Assembly: GCA_031835245.2 (NCBI GenBank)
Contig: JAVKOQ020000022.1
Span: 248,001 to 312,000 of the forward strand
Direction: 5' to 3'
DNA length: 64,000 bases
From: Balamuthia mandrillaris
Taxonomy: Eukaryota
The notes under the pieces were generated by a model. The model ran no database searches, was not told the DNA's origin, and was given only the letters and a program-made list of their open reading frames with translations. This document shows positions 12,615-28,417 of this stretch, piece after piece. Position 1 is the stretch's first letter. Each line of letters opens with the position of its first letter. The position numbers were made by a program, and so were the translations under genes.

Positions 12615-12875
12615 TGACGTCATCAATCATGACGTCATGAAGATTTCGGAGTTGATTGAAATTTCTTTGGAATGTAGGAGAATGAAACGGGGGTTAAATT
12701 TCGAAGAAAGATGGAAAGAAAATCGGGGAAAAAAGTGAAAGCGGAGAAAGGGACGACGAGAACGACAAAACAGAAAGCAAGAAACAGGGGAACATAGGTT
12801 CGCTTGTTCTCTAATCTCTTTTTTTTTGGTAACAGCAAACTTTTTCTTGGCAACAACCTCAACGACAGTATAAAA
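12615..12875 (+). promoter_or_regulatory. Putative promoter of the BAG-HSP20 gene: two TGACGTCA (CRE-like) palindromes and a TATA box
   Basis: TGACGTCA at 12615-12622 and 12630-12637; TATAAAA at 12869-12875, about 70 bp before ATG 12943. Confidence 0.5.
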
Positions 12876-12942
12876 ACCGCCTTTTAAGAAACTTTCTTCT
12901 CAAAACCATACAAACGAACACAACAGGACAGAGAGACAAAGA

Positions 12943-15072
12943 ATGAAGTTAGAGCCATTAACTTCGGAGCAGGAGCGAAAAAAACGAGAGACCAAAGAAG
13001 CCTACGAGAGCTTCTGGAACCACCTCAAGTTCTCCAAAGGGTGGGCCAAGCCGCCCTGCCCGCTCTCCGAGGTGGAGGACCTGCTGGACCGCGTGGCCGA
13101 GATCGTGGTGCGGGTCCGCTGCCATCTCGACGAGGAGCAGCCGGGCTTCAAGCTGCGCATGCTCTCCGGCAGGACGGGGGAGTACCTGTGGACGCTGGAG
13201 AGGCACCCCCAGGCCGACCCGCGGGGTTTCGTCAGGGACATGGTGCACGAGACCTTTTGCGATGGCAAAGGCTATGTGGAGGGCCTGGACGAGCAAAGGC
13301 TTGACGCGCTCATAGAAGAGGTGGAGGCGTACCTGGAGCGGAGGGACAGGGAGACGCGGCAGCAGTGCAAGGAGCTGGAGGAGAGGTTGAGGCAGCAAGT
13401 CCGGAGGATGAACGAGCTGGTGGGACAGTTGGACCGATTGGAAGGGAAGGAGGAGCGGGAGGAGGAGAAGGAAGGAGGAGAGGAAGAAGGAAGCGGTGGA
13501 GGAGGAGTAATGCTGTCGTATGTGAAGGTGTTGCAGGGAATTGTTCAGGGAGTGGAGAATGTGAACAAGCAGTTGGAAGACATGGAGGAGCGGATAGCGG
13601 AGGAGAAGAAACGATGCGAGCAGAACCTGCAGAGAAGAAAGGAGTATTTGGAGCAAAAGAAGAGGCAGGAGGAAGAGGGAGCAGCGGCTGCTGCGGAAGC
13701 CGAAGAGGAGAGACAGAAGAAGCAGGAGGAAAAAACGGAAACAGCTCAAGAGGAGACGAAGGGAGAAGAAGAAGAAAAGAAGGTAATGGAAACGACTTCC
13801 TCCGAAGAGCTTGCAGAATCCAGCAACACAAGCGAATCCGCTGCCAAAGAGGAACACAGCCCAATGGGAGTGTCAGCAGAAATAGAGGAGAACCAAACCT
13901 CACTAGAAGAAAAGAAAGATTGCGACAAAGACGAAATACCTTCAGAGATGGAAACAGAAAAGAAGCAAGACGAAAACGAAGGCATGCTCAAGATCGAACG
14001 TGTCAAACAAGATGTCAAGCAGCTGGAAGATCAAATTGCTGCATTCGCCCACGATACAGAAGCTCAACTCGCTCGTTTGGTCGGCAGCAACGGAGATCTC
14101 TCTCCTTCCGCTGATGCTACTTCATCTTCCATTCCAGCCACTAGACAAGTGGTGGAACAGCTGCAAAGACAGTGTTTGGGCTACTCCGAGTCGCTGATGA
14201 AGGACCTTCTTTCACTGGATGCGCTGGTTGGACTTAGCTCCGAAGAACGGCCGCTGCGAAAGGAACAAGTCACCAAGATCCAAAGGCTGCTTCAAGACGT
14301 GGATGCCCTCAACTCTCGATTGAAAGCTCTCACCCAGGAACTAAAAGCCAAGGAACCTCCCACTCCCCCTCCTTCCTCTGAAGCTGACGAAGAGGAACCA
14401 CAACTGCCGAAAGAACAGAAAGGAACCGAAATGCGAGAGGAAGACAAAGCGAAGGGGATGGAAGCCGAAGCAGCTGCAGAAAGGGAAGCGATGGAAGAGT
14501 TGAGCAGCAAAGGACGAAAGGATCGTTGGGCGATGATGCGTCTCCGTCCCAAGTTCGAGGTGGGCGAGCAACGTGATAGCTACGTTGTGGCGGCTTACAT
14601 CCCGGGCATGAGAAAGGAAGACATTGCCGTTTCCCTCAGCGAGGACGACACCATCACCATCAAGGGCTGTCGCATTCCCACAGAGAAAGAGGAGCAAAAC
14701 ATGCGGCGGCAGGTCCAACTCTACCAAAATCAGCAACGAAGTTCCTTCTTAGCCTACTCTGACGAAGGCGCCAGCGAGGAGGCTCTTCTTCTTCGCTTAG
14801 GAGCCGGTCGTTACGGCAGCTTCGCGGAGACCTTCCGGTTGCCTTCCTCCGGAGTCGATACAGACAATATTCAAGCAAACTACGAAGGAGGAATGTTGAC
14901 GGTCGTTATCCCAAAGATACAGCTGAGAAAGAGAGAAAAGAGGTTGGGAGGAGCACGAGACCGAGCAGCCGCACCGCAAATGCAACACCCGTTGTTTGGA
15001 TTCCCGATGAGCGGAGTGGGAGGACGAGGAGGAAGAGGTGGCTTCTTTGGTGACTCTGACTTTTGGTGGTAA
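12943..15072 (+). CDS. Intronless 709-aa coiled-coil protein with BAG domain and C-terminal HSP20/alpha-crystallin domain
   Basis: BAG-like SESLMKDLLSLDAL..ERPLRKEQVTKIQRLLQDVD. ACD motifs YVVAAYIPGMRKEDIAVSL..ITIKG and RYGSFAETFRLP..VDTDNIQANYEGGMLTVVIPK. Confidence 0.85.
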   Translation: MKLEPLTSEQERKKRETKEAYESFWNHLKFSKGWAKPPCPLSEVEDLLDRVAEIVVRVRCHLDEEQPGFKLRMLSGRTGEYLWTLERHPQADPRGFVRDMVHETFCDGKGYVEGLDEQRLDALIEEVEAYLERRDRETRQQCKELEERLRQQVRRMNELVGQLDRLEGKEEREEEKEGGEEEGSGGGGVMLSYVKVLQGIVQGVENVNKQLEDMEERIAEEKKRCEQNLQRRKEYLEQKKRQEEEGAAAAAEAEEERQKKQEEKTETAQEETKGEEEEKKVMETTSSEELAESSNTSESAAKEEHSPMGVSAEIEENQTSLEEKKDCDKDEIPSEMETEKKQDENEGMLKIERVKQDVKQLEDQIAAFAHDTEAQLARLVGSNGDLSPSADATSSSIPATRQVVEQLQRQCLGYSESLMKDLLSLDALVGLSSEERPLRKEQVTKIQRLLQDVDALNSRLKALTQELKAKEPPTPPPSSEADEEEPQLPKEQKGTEMREEDKAKGMEAEAAAEREAMEELSSKGRKDRWAMMRLRPKFEVGEQRDSYVVAAYIPGMRKEDIAVSLSEDDTITIKGCRIPTEKEEQNMRRQVQLYQNQQRSSFLAYSDEGASEEALLLRLGAGRYGSFAETFRLPSSGVDTDNIQANYEGGMLTVVIPKIQLRKREKRLGGARDRAAAPQMQHPLFGFPMSGVGGRGGRGGFFGDSDFWW

Positions 15073-15141
15073 TTATTGTAAATAGACAAATGTTTTTATC
15101 TTTTCTATATTTTTTTTTCTTCTTTTGAAGAAGGGTGTGTT

Positions 15142-17151
15142 TCAAAAGGTTATCCACAAACGGTCGAAGAAGCTGCTAACAAGAAGGAGCCAAGTGATCA
15201 AGTCAACAGAGAAAGCTGATGCAGAAGAGGAGTTACTGTAGTAATACGCAGTTGACGCAGACGCAGCGTTGAACCAGAACAAACTCTTCCAACAAATATA
15301 TGCCGCGATGATCCTGCTTTTGCTCAACAAAGGAACGAGGCTTGTCGTTGAGGAGGAGTTATGATAGAAGAGGAAGTAGCATAGAACAAGCGCGCAGGAT
15401 AAAAAGAGAGCGGAACAGGTGTCTCCCTCTCCCGTTGTCGTTGCTACAATCAACAGACTTGTGTTTGTTGCAAAGATATAGAGGCTATAGAGCAGAGTTC
15501 GAAACTGTCAACATACAAGAGGAGGAGAGATATGTGTTAGGCCAGACACTTGAGTGGCGTGGAGAAGTCAGAAACATGAGGAGAGTACCATTAAGAGGAG
15601 GATAACTTCTGCAAATAAAATAAAGAAGAGGTAGAGCAGCACCCAAACGAAACAGTGGAAGACAAATGAGACAAGAAGAGCTTCCATCAAGCTCGTCAGA
15701 GAAGAAGAGCGCGTTTCCAAGTGTAACACGGAAGAGAAAAGAAGGGAATGTGAAGATGAAGAGGATGAAGAAAAAATGACGAAATAGAGAACAAAAGGTA
15801 ACGTTAGAATGCAGCCCGTAAGACAAATAAGTGGAAGTCGAGAGAAGATGCGTCGATGGAAAATGTAAAGAAGTATCGCTTGTCTTTGGCTTCCTATGGC
15901 TAAGAACAGAGCAGAAAAGGCTGACAGAAGAAGAAAGAAGGCGCGAAGAAGGGAAGCATCGGAGAGGAAGGAAGAGGAGGGGAGCCAATTTGAGGATAGC
16001 AGAGAAGAATAGAGAGAGAAAGCATGGCGAAGAGGCTGCGGAATAGCGCTGTCCAACTGTAGTGCTGGCAAAGACTGGGCTCCCTCCTTCCAAAGAGTCC
16101 AACTGGAAGTTAAACTGTCATCTAGAATACAATGCGTGAGAAGAAGCAGCAGAAGAACATAAACAAACAGAAAGAGTGAAGAAATAGTTACAGTGACAGT
16201 TTTGCGGAGAGAATAGATATTCGCTAGCCACAAAGACTTCCGGAAAGTCATCAGCAGAGCAGTTGTCGGAGTACTTTTCTTGCATGCTCGGAGGAAGTCG
16301 CAACAACATGAATGTGGCCAAAAAGCAAAGACATAATGCAATGCTGAGTTTCGCCACGAACACTCCGAATGCATGCAGGTAGCTTAGAATACCCAAAGCT
16401 AAGAAGGAAGAAACAGTTGCAGAAGAAGCATAGGAAGAATGTGATGATGAAGATGGAGAGGGCGAGGAGGAAGATGATGATGATGATGATGAAGATGAAG
16501 AAGAAGAAGAAGATGATGATGATGATAATGAAGATGGTGATGAAGAACCTGAAGATGAAGAACAAGAAGAAGCTGAAGAAGAAGAAGGTGATGAAGAAGA
16601 TGAAGAGGAAAAATAAGAGGAGGGAGGAGGAGATGAAGAAGAAATAAAAGAGTGAGGATGAAGGAAGGAGTTGAATACGGCCAACACAAACAGCAACAAA
16701 AGCAGAAAGAGGAAGACCAAAGTGGAGAGAAGCAGCATGGAGTCGGCAGAAGTGGCGTAGAGGTGCCAAAGCCCACAGTGGTGCGGTTGCACTTGTTTCC
16801 ACGGCGACAAAAACAGGTGGTGGTTGTTCTCGTTGTGAATGATGGAGGTGAGGAACCGAAAGCTCGAGAAAGAGAATATCGATGTTTTTGTCTGTGTTTA
16901 AGTTTGTGCTTCAGGCTATTGCTTGTTTTTTTTTGCAAGGAAGAAAAAGTGTTTACAAACCTGTTTGCCAGAAGAACAGAAAAACATGGAGGGAAACGCT
17001 TGACGAGCCATATCCATCATCTGAAAGCACGGTAATGGCCTTTAGGCATTACCACCAGAAAAAATAAATATTTTAAAAAAACAAATTTGCAACAAAAAAA
17101 TAAAATAAAAAGTTAAACCAAAGAGAGAATGAGAGAGAGAATGGGAGAGGG

Positions 17152-17188
<37 letters not shown>

Positions 17189-17485
17189 GAGGTACTTTTC
17201 TGTGTGCAAAAAGGCGACATAGTACAGAAGGAGCAACAAGCAGGCCGCCAACGCAGAACCGAACCAACTGAGCCGCTTCAACCGCCGGATCGATCGTGCG
17301 GAAGAGCTTCTGGTTGTGGAGCGGAAGGGCCAAAGCTGGCCGAAAGCGCATAAACCCCGGTATAAAGCATTTGTGAAGCGTGAGGGCCAAGCCTCTTCCG
17401 CGGGCTGCGTTGGTTCCTCGCCCTCTTTCTCCTTCTCTTTTTCCTTCTCTTTTTTCTTGCCAAAGCCTCTGCCCTTGCCAAACAT
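15142..17485 (-). CDS. Hypothetical multi-pass membrane protein
   Basis: Successive minus-strand exons (ORFs 17042-17485, 16118-16810, 15568-16374, 15142-15453) encode many hydrophobic helices, joined by GT-AG introns. Confidence 0.55.
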
Positions 17486-17779
17486 ATTTATAACGAATAA
17501 ATAATGTTTATTTTATTTTTTTAAAAAAGAAAAAATAAAATCGTTCAATTCTTTGAATAAAAATTTAACCAAATTTTTTGGACCAATAACGACGCGGCAC
17601 GTCACCCCTGAAGATCAATAATTTCACGTCGTCATGGGCTACCGAACTTTGTTGATCGATCATCCATGACGACACAGAGTTTAAGGTGTAACGCAAAACT
17701 AAAGGCAGAAAGACTGTGGCGGCTCTCTCTTCGAAGACTGCTATATACAACGGATGCGCCCACGATAACAAAGGTTTGC

Positions 17780-19727
17780 CTAGTTGAGAATGGACTTGAT
17801 GCTGGCCTTCTCTTTGCTCAGCTCTCTTTGTCGCTTCTCTTTTTCCTGTTTCTCCAACGACCGACGATACTTGATCCCACATGCATTGCACAACCTGTTC
17901 ATGTGTGTGTTTCTCGTTTTGAGGGGCAAGACAGAAAGAAACGGAGAGAAAAGAAACAGCAACAAGAAAGCTTACGTTGCGGAACCGCTGGGACCTCTTC
18001 GCCATTCCGGTGTGTCCATCGTGCCACACTGCATACACCTCTTTTGAGGTGTGGCTCTCTCCTCTTTTTCGGTATGGCTTGCGGTGTTGGCGTGCATCAT
18101 AGTCACTGAAGAAGATTTCATGGTGCGAGCTTTCGTCCGTTGTGGTTGTTGCTGTTGCTCTTCGTTGCTTTGTATATGTTGCAGTCGAGGAGGTTCTTCT
18201 CCTTTGGAAGAATACTGTATCCATGTTGGAGTCGTTGGAGGAAGTTGTTGTCGTAATAAAAATTCCGTCTCTCCAACGTTCGCTTGTCTTCGTTGTTGGT
18301 GTGCAGTAGTATCCTAATGACATAAAAGAGATTAATATCGATAAATGAAGTGAATAGGAAGAATTAAACGAGAAGACAGGGCTAACGTCTTTGAAGTTTG
18401 GAGTTTGAACGGCAGAAAGAGAGGCAGCAGCGGGATAGTATTCCCGCTGAATGGAGTCCAGGGTGGATTGCAGGATATTCACATGTTCGGAGAGGAGGAC
18501 CCAATCCTCAGGCGGTATGTCTCCATCGATGACACGCTCGGCCCGGTGAATGGTTTGGTGGCAGAGATGAATGACTCGTTCCCATAGTTGGTCCACGTGT
18601 TGTTCTTGTTGTGGTTGAAGAAAAGAAGAAGCAGAAGAGGAGTGTTGTGGAAGATGAGAAGTCTTTGGTTGTTGCTGCTGCTGTTGGTTGGAAGACCAAG
18701 AATGACGACGAGAAGGACGAGAGAAGGAAGAAAAAGAGGAGGAAGAGGAGGAAGAGGACGTGGGAGCCCGAAAGTGAGAGGCTGAGTCTGAAGAGGAGGA
18801 AGAAGAAAGGAGAGAAGCGGTGGAAGAAGAAGGAGAAGAGGAGGAAGTTCCATCAGAAGCTGAACGAGGCGGCATTGGGAATGGAGCCCCTGGCCCTTGA
18901 GATGGAACCAGCGGAGAAAGAGAAGGAGGAGGAGGATAGGAAGACGCCGCTGAGGAAGTGGAGAGCGAAGGAGAAGATAAGGAACGAACAAAACTGCTGT
19001 TCACCTCGTGCCTCTTCCTTGGGTGAACAGAAGAGGAGGACTCTGGATAGTGGTCCAAATGGTACGTTGGAGAAACGGACATGGAAGAAGAAGCATCGCA
19101 TGCAGAAGAAGACGAAGAATGCGAAGGAGGAGGAGGCGGAATGGCGTGACGTTTCATTGGAGAGGCAGAGGAGGAAATGGGAGGCGGTGAATGATGGCGC
19201 GGTGGGTGCGGTTGGTAGTGGAGAGAGGGAGGGGGAGGTGAAGCAGAGCTACGAAGCAAGCTGGACGAGGACTGTGCCATCATGGTGGCCACACGTTCTC
19301 TCCATTCCTCAAAAGATAGCGTGGAAGAAGGACCTGAGGCTCCAGGGGGTGGTGTGGATGGATAGAGATGAAAGGAAGAAGAAGAAGAGGAGGAGGAGGA
19401 GTGAAGAGGCTCAGGTGGTGTTGGGAGTGGCGAGGGATGGCGAAGAGTGGGATGAAGTGGGGGCAATTGTGGAGGTGGGATGAAAGCCGAAGGAGAAGAG
19501 GAAGTAGAAGAGGAGGAGGAGAACATCCCTCCTCCTCTTGGTTGTGGCTGACCTCCAGCAGCAGGAGAAGGAGGAGATGGTCCATGGGGAGAGGAGGGGA
19601 GGGCCAGCGGCAAGTTTCCCTCCGACATCATCATCCCGCGTCTGGGGTGTTGTTGGTTGTTGTAGGGATGCCCTTTTGGTTTGTGCACGGGTTGTGGTTG
19701 TTGTTCTCCATTCCCTCCTCCCTCCAT
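17780..19727 (-). CDS. GATA zinc-finger transcription factor
   Basis: CMQCGTMDTPEWRRGPSGSAT|LCNACGIKYRR (intron-split C-x2-C-x18-C-x2-C) after a long Ser/Pro-rich region. Start codon uncertain. Confidence 0.9.
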
Positions 19728-20603
19728 CTCGCTTCTCTTTATATATAGAGAGAGAGGAGAGCGAGAAGACTGGTCGTGCCTTTTTGCTTGACAACTATTA
19801 CAAAATAAAAACAGAACAAAAAAAATTAAAACAAAGAAGAGAGGACAGAACAGTGCAACACACAAACAACCTGCCAGCTTCTGGTCCTTTGGGTTAAAAC
19901 CAACCACTCAGCTCCAAACGGACAAAATGGAAGAGAGAGAACAAAAAATAAACACACGGGTTGTTGCCAGACTCCCCAACACCAAAAAAACATAAAAACC
20001 ATCCAAAGAAGAAAAAAAAAGTTTCTACTCCTCTCCGCACCTACCCCCCTTTGGGATCGGGCGCATATAAAACGGTCAAACGAAACCTCCCCCTTCCTCT
20101 TCCCTCTTTGCGCACCCACCACCCAAACCCACCGAACAACGACAACAAGATCGCAACACACACACACGCCAGCGGGGTTGGGGGTGGAGTTTCCCTCAAC
20201 AACAACAGAAACTAAGAATTGGATGGTTTCGGTTGGAGAGAGATTTTAGTTGACCATTTTAGGGTATTGGTCTACCATCAGTTGTAAGAGTTTTAAAGCT
20301 TTAAAAGGATTTGTTGCCAAATAAAGGAAGATGTTGTGGTGCATTCTCCTTAATTGGTTTGAGTTCATAATACCTAAATCAGAAAGCAAATCTCTTCAGA
20401 TCTTAGTAGTAATGCAAAACTACGAAATTTCATCACCAAAAGGAAAGAAAAAGGAAATAAAACAAAAAGGAAAGGACGTAGCAACGGTTGAGCAGATTGT
20501 TATTCAAAAACCTGTTGTTGCTTGGGGAACCGTTCTTGGGTAACAATCACAAAGAAACGTTCTTCTTCCGAACAACCGCAAGATTGGAGGGGGTAGTTTG
20601 TTT

Positions 20604-22954
20604 TTACCAAAAGGTGGGTTGGAAGTCTTTGAAGAATTGGCCAAAAGCAGGAACCTCCCTCTGCTTCGGTGGGTTGTTGAGGAAGATGTTTGCCTGCTCC
20701 TCTTCCCGTTGTTGGTGCAGTGTGGTGAATATCGGATCTAGAATACGAACTGCTCCATCAACGCAATCCAACGGAGGGGAGAAGGCAAAGTTGCTTCTTA
20801 TTTGGTGATGCAAGGGCCGTTCATCGGTGATCCATCCTGTATCCACTGAGTTCATCAGGATACCACGCACTGCATAATCTGCCGCTGCTGTTCTGGTCAT
20901 CATGTTGAGTGATGCCTGTGCGTTCGTACGTTTTGTTTAAAAAAAGAAAAGGTAAGCATTAGTTTGTTTTCAACTGAAACGAAAGGCTAAAGAGGAGGGG
21001 TACTTTAGCCATGTTGGTGTGAGGATGCCGTTCTGTTTTGTACCGATAAAACTGGCCTTCCATCGCGGAGACGTTGATGATAAACTTCCAAAACGCGACA
21101 TCCTCCTCGTTCTGCTCGTTGTCCTTTACTTTCTCGTGGTAATCTCCTCCTGTTTCATTTTCTTCTTTGTCTTCATCCCTGCTCTCCTCCTTTTTAGGAA
21201 GCGGAGGAGATCGCTGCATCAAATCTTTCAGGCGAGCGGTCAATAGGAAGGGAGCCACGTTGTTCACCAGCTGCACCTCCAAAAATTCTTTGGTGGAGAC
21301 TTGCTCCAGACGTAACATCCAACTGTTGGTCTGTCGCAAGTCGATTGGCTCTGACCATTCCGCTACCAGGTCATTTTCCAGTTTTTTTATGGTTGTTGAT
21401 TCTTTTTGTTGTGCTTCTTTTTCTTTGTAAACAGAAGCAGGTAGAAGCTGAGTAGGAAGGGAGGAGGAAGGATCTTCTTTCAGGGAGTGAATTGCTTTTG
21501 TGTTCCATTCGTTGGAAGTAGAGAGGAGGGATTGTACGGCAGGTGATAAAAGAGCAATAGGTGCTTGTTCTAGTTGATGCAGATGAGAGAAAAATTCGGG
21601 TGGCCTTTTGGGAGAGATCCAAAATGAGCAACAACGAAACAGAGATATGGAAAAAGAGAGAACCTGGCAATGGTCTGGGCGGCGTTGTTGATAAGAATGT
21701 CTAACCGCGAAAGAGTTCTGTACAGAAAAGCAATGAAGCCTTCAACTAAGGGAAGAGATCGCATATCCAGCCGATAGATACGTAGATTGTTTTTCCAGTT
21801 TGCAAAATCCTTTTCCTGACGTATATCACACATAAGAACCAATATCCCAAACTAATAGAACGCCCACGAGTGAGAGAGAAAACAAACTTTGGCAAAGCGA
21901 ATTGCGGCATCTCGCGGGAAACGAGTGGTAACAATGACAGTAGCGTTACACCGAAGAAGTATAAGAGCCGTCTCGTAACTATACCATAAAATGTCGTTCA
22001 GAATTGCCAAATATTATTAACTATTATATGCGTACCCTATCTTGATTCGTCCTCCTGTCACAAGAGCAACTCGTCCGGTTAGATCCACACGGAACATTCG
22101 TTTTTCCCAAAAGAGAGCAGCACACGTTGGACAGAACTGTAGGCACCAACGACGAAAACAAAATGGCGAACAAGATAAGCAGGAGATAGAGAGGTGAAAG
22201 ATGAACACGAAGAATCTAACCTTGTCATAAAACTTGTGAACATTGGTGAAGAAAGTCTTACAACACATGCAGGCCCTTCCACAACCGTGTGGCAAGTCTT
22301 TGTTCTCCATAAGTTTTGTCCAAAAAACAACACAAGCATATAAACAATTAAATAACAAAGCAAAGAAATATTATGTACCTGAGCTGTGTGACTCAGCTTG
22401 CTTTCCTTCTTGCTCTTGTTTGTTTTGTTCCATTTCTTCGTCGTCTTCTCTTTCTGTCTCATTTACTTCACGACTACTGGCGGCAATGGAGGAAGACGAT
22501 GATGGTGGCAATAATGTTAGTAACGGTCTCTCAACACCTTTAGCTTCCTCCAAAGCAAGAAGGTCCTCCATTTCCTCTGAAAGCGTTTCCACTTTCTGTT
22601 GTAATCGAACGTCGTTGGGAAAATAAAGAAGAAAATAGAGCAAGGAGAAAGAATGAGTGAAGCCTACCTCACTCAAAAGAGACATCATGTTGCGAGTACG
22701 TTGATAGTGTAGCTTGCGCAGCTGGGTTGAGTCCTCGATAGTCTTCCTCACATATTTCAGTTCTTGTTTTGTTGGACTTGTTTTGTATTTGAAAGGCGGT
22801 TTCAGTCTTCTCCTTACAAAATGAGACGAAGAAGAAGAAGAAGAAGAAGAAAATGAAGAAGAAGAAGAAGAAGAAGAAGAAGAGAGAAGAAGAAGAGAGA
22901 AGAAGAAGAGAGAAGAAGCAGAAGCAGAAGCAGAAGAAGAAGAAGAAGAAGAAG

Positions 22955-22985
<31 letters not shown>

Positions 22986-23710
22986 TAGTTCGTACGCCAT
23001 TAACAAAAGCTGATGCCCATCATCTCTCATGTTCAGCATTCTGTTTGAAAAACAAGGTTTAAAAAACAACACCGAAGAACCAACGAAGAACAAGAAGCAA
23101 GAAAAATGAAGCAAGAAGAAGACGAAAGAAGAAAGAAGAAAGAAGAAGAAGAAGAAGTAACAAGAAGAAACAAGCAAGAAGCAAGAAAGCAAGAAGAAAC
23201 GGAAGCAGACACACCTTTGAAAGAACTTGGAGCGCCTGACTTGCCTGGCTTCCGTTGTAAGCGCTTCGAACCGAACGTCCAAAACACTCAATACCTTTTT
23301 TTGTGTGTTATGTGTTAACTCATTTTTTGTAACAAAGATGAAGAACCCACCCTGAGACACGTTTGAAACTCTTCATCGGAGAAACCGCGTTCCTCTTGCT
23401 TCATTCGCTGCTTGTGCTCCTCTGCCGCCTTCTTCTTTCTGGCTCTTCTTTGCAGCTCCGCCTCCAAGTTTATTGCAGCTCCCACCTCGGAAGACTCGCT
23501 CAGCGCGGACAACACTTTGCGCTCTTCTTCGGAGAAGCCTAGGAGCACATCCTCCTCGCCTTCCGCATCATTGCTGGCAGAAGAGAGGATGAGCTTTTGG
23601 AGGAGTCGGTGATAGATGCGCTGCTCTCGTTCGAGCTCCTGTTTCCTAAGGCTCTCTTCGCGGAGCCTCTCCCTCATACAGGAGAGTTGGAACTGCAGGG
23701 TCCTTTCCAT
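20604..23710 (-). CDS. Atypical short-chain dehydrogenase/reductase with N-terminal coiled coil and Cys/His finger
   Basis: [93 protein letters not shown]. Confidence 0.88.
22828..22985. repeat. (GAA)n-rich microsatellite, intronic
   Basis: Directly visible. Confidence 0.9.
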
Positions 23711-23751
23711 TGAGGCCGTGTGTTCCCTCTTCACCACATCTTTTGTGGTAA

Positions 23752-24082
23752 CTCTCCCTCTCTCCTCTCTCCTCTCTCCTCTCTCCTCTCTCTCTCTCCT
23801 CTCTCCTCTCTCCTCTCTCCTCTCTCTCTCTCTCTCTCTCTCCTCTCTCCTCTCTCCTCTCTCCTCTCCTCTCTCCCTCTCTCTCTCTTTCTCTCTCTCC
23901 TCTCTCTCCTCTCTCTCCTCTCTCCTCTCTCCTCTCTCCCTCTCTCCTCTCTCTCTTCTCTCCTCTCTCCTCTCCCCTCTCTCCTCCTCTCCTCTCCTCT
24001 CTCCTCTCTCCTCTCTCCTCTCTCCTCTCTCTCTCTCCTCTCTCCTCTCTCTCCTCTCTCCTCTCTCTCCTCTCTCCTCTCT
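23752..24082. repeat. Polypyrimidine (CTCTCCT)n/(CT)n tract, intergenic
   Basis: About 330 bp of essentially pure C/T on the + strand. Confidence 0.9.
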
Positions 24083-24227
24083 GCGCGGGTATATAATGCT
24101 GATGTCACAATTACTTGTTGGGTAACAGCTGGTGTCATGTAAGCAGAACACGTCTTCTCTCTTATCCTCTCTCGTATCTTTGCCCCAACCAAGAAAAAGA
24201 GAGAGAAAAGCAACGAAACAGTTCATT

Positions 24228-24266
<39 letters not shown>

Positions 24267-24298
24267 AGAAACTCGTTTGCAGGTTGGTGTGTGTCTGC

Positions 24299-28090
<3,792 letters not shown>

Positions 28091-28417
28091 GGTGATGGTG
28101 GGAGGTGTGCGCTGCTGCTTGACGAAATGGTTGTTGACTTTACTCGCAGAGAGCCAACCAAAAAGAGAAAACTTTTTCTTTTTCAATCTTCCAAGAATCC
28201 GCTGTCGGAAATGAAAAGGAAATATGAACGCAGGGGGTATGGAGAAAAATTGGACAATACAGGGACCCAAAGCCACCCCGGCCGAATAAATAAAATCCAA
28301 TTTCAGATTAACATAACCATGATCATGTCGACCCGGATTCGCTATCAATCATGTCGTCACGGGAATTTCTTTCAAATGCCTTTTCGGGAAAGAAAAATAA
28401 ACGAACAACAAGGGGAG

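Noticed and set aside
12520..12720. Heat-shock elements upstream of the BAG-HSP20 gene
   Set aside because: Only imperfect nGAAn/nTTCn pairs are present in GAA-rich background, with no three-unit array.
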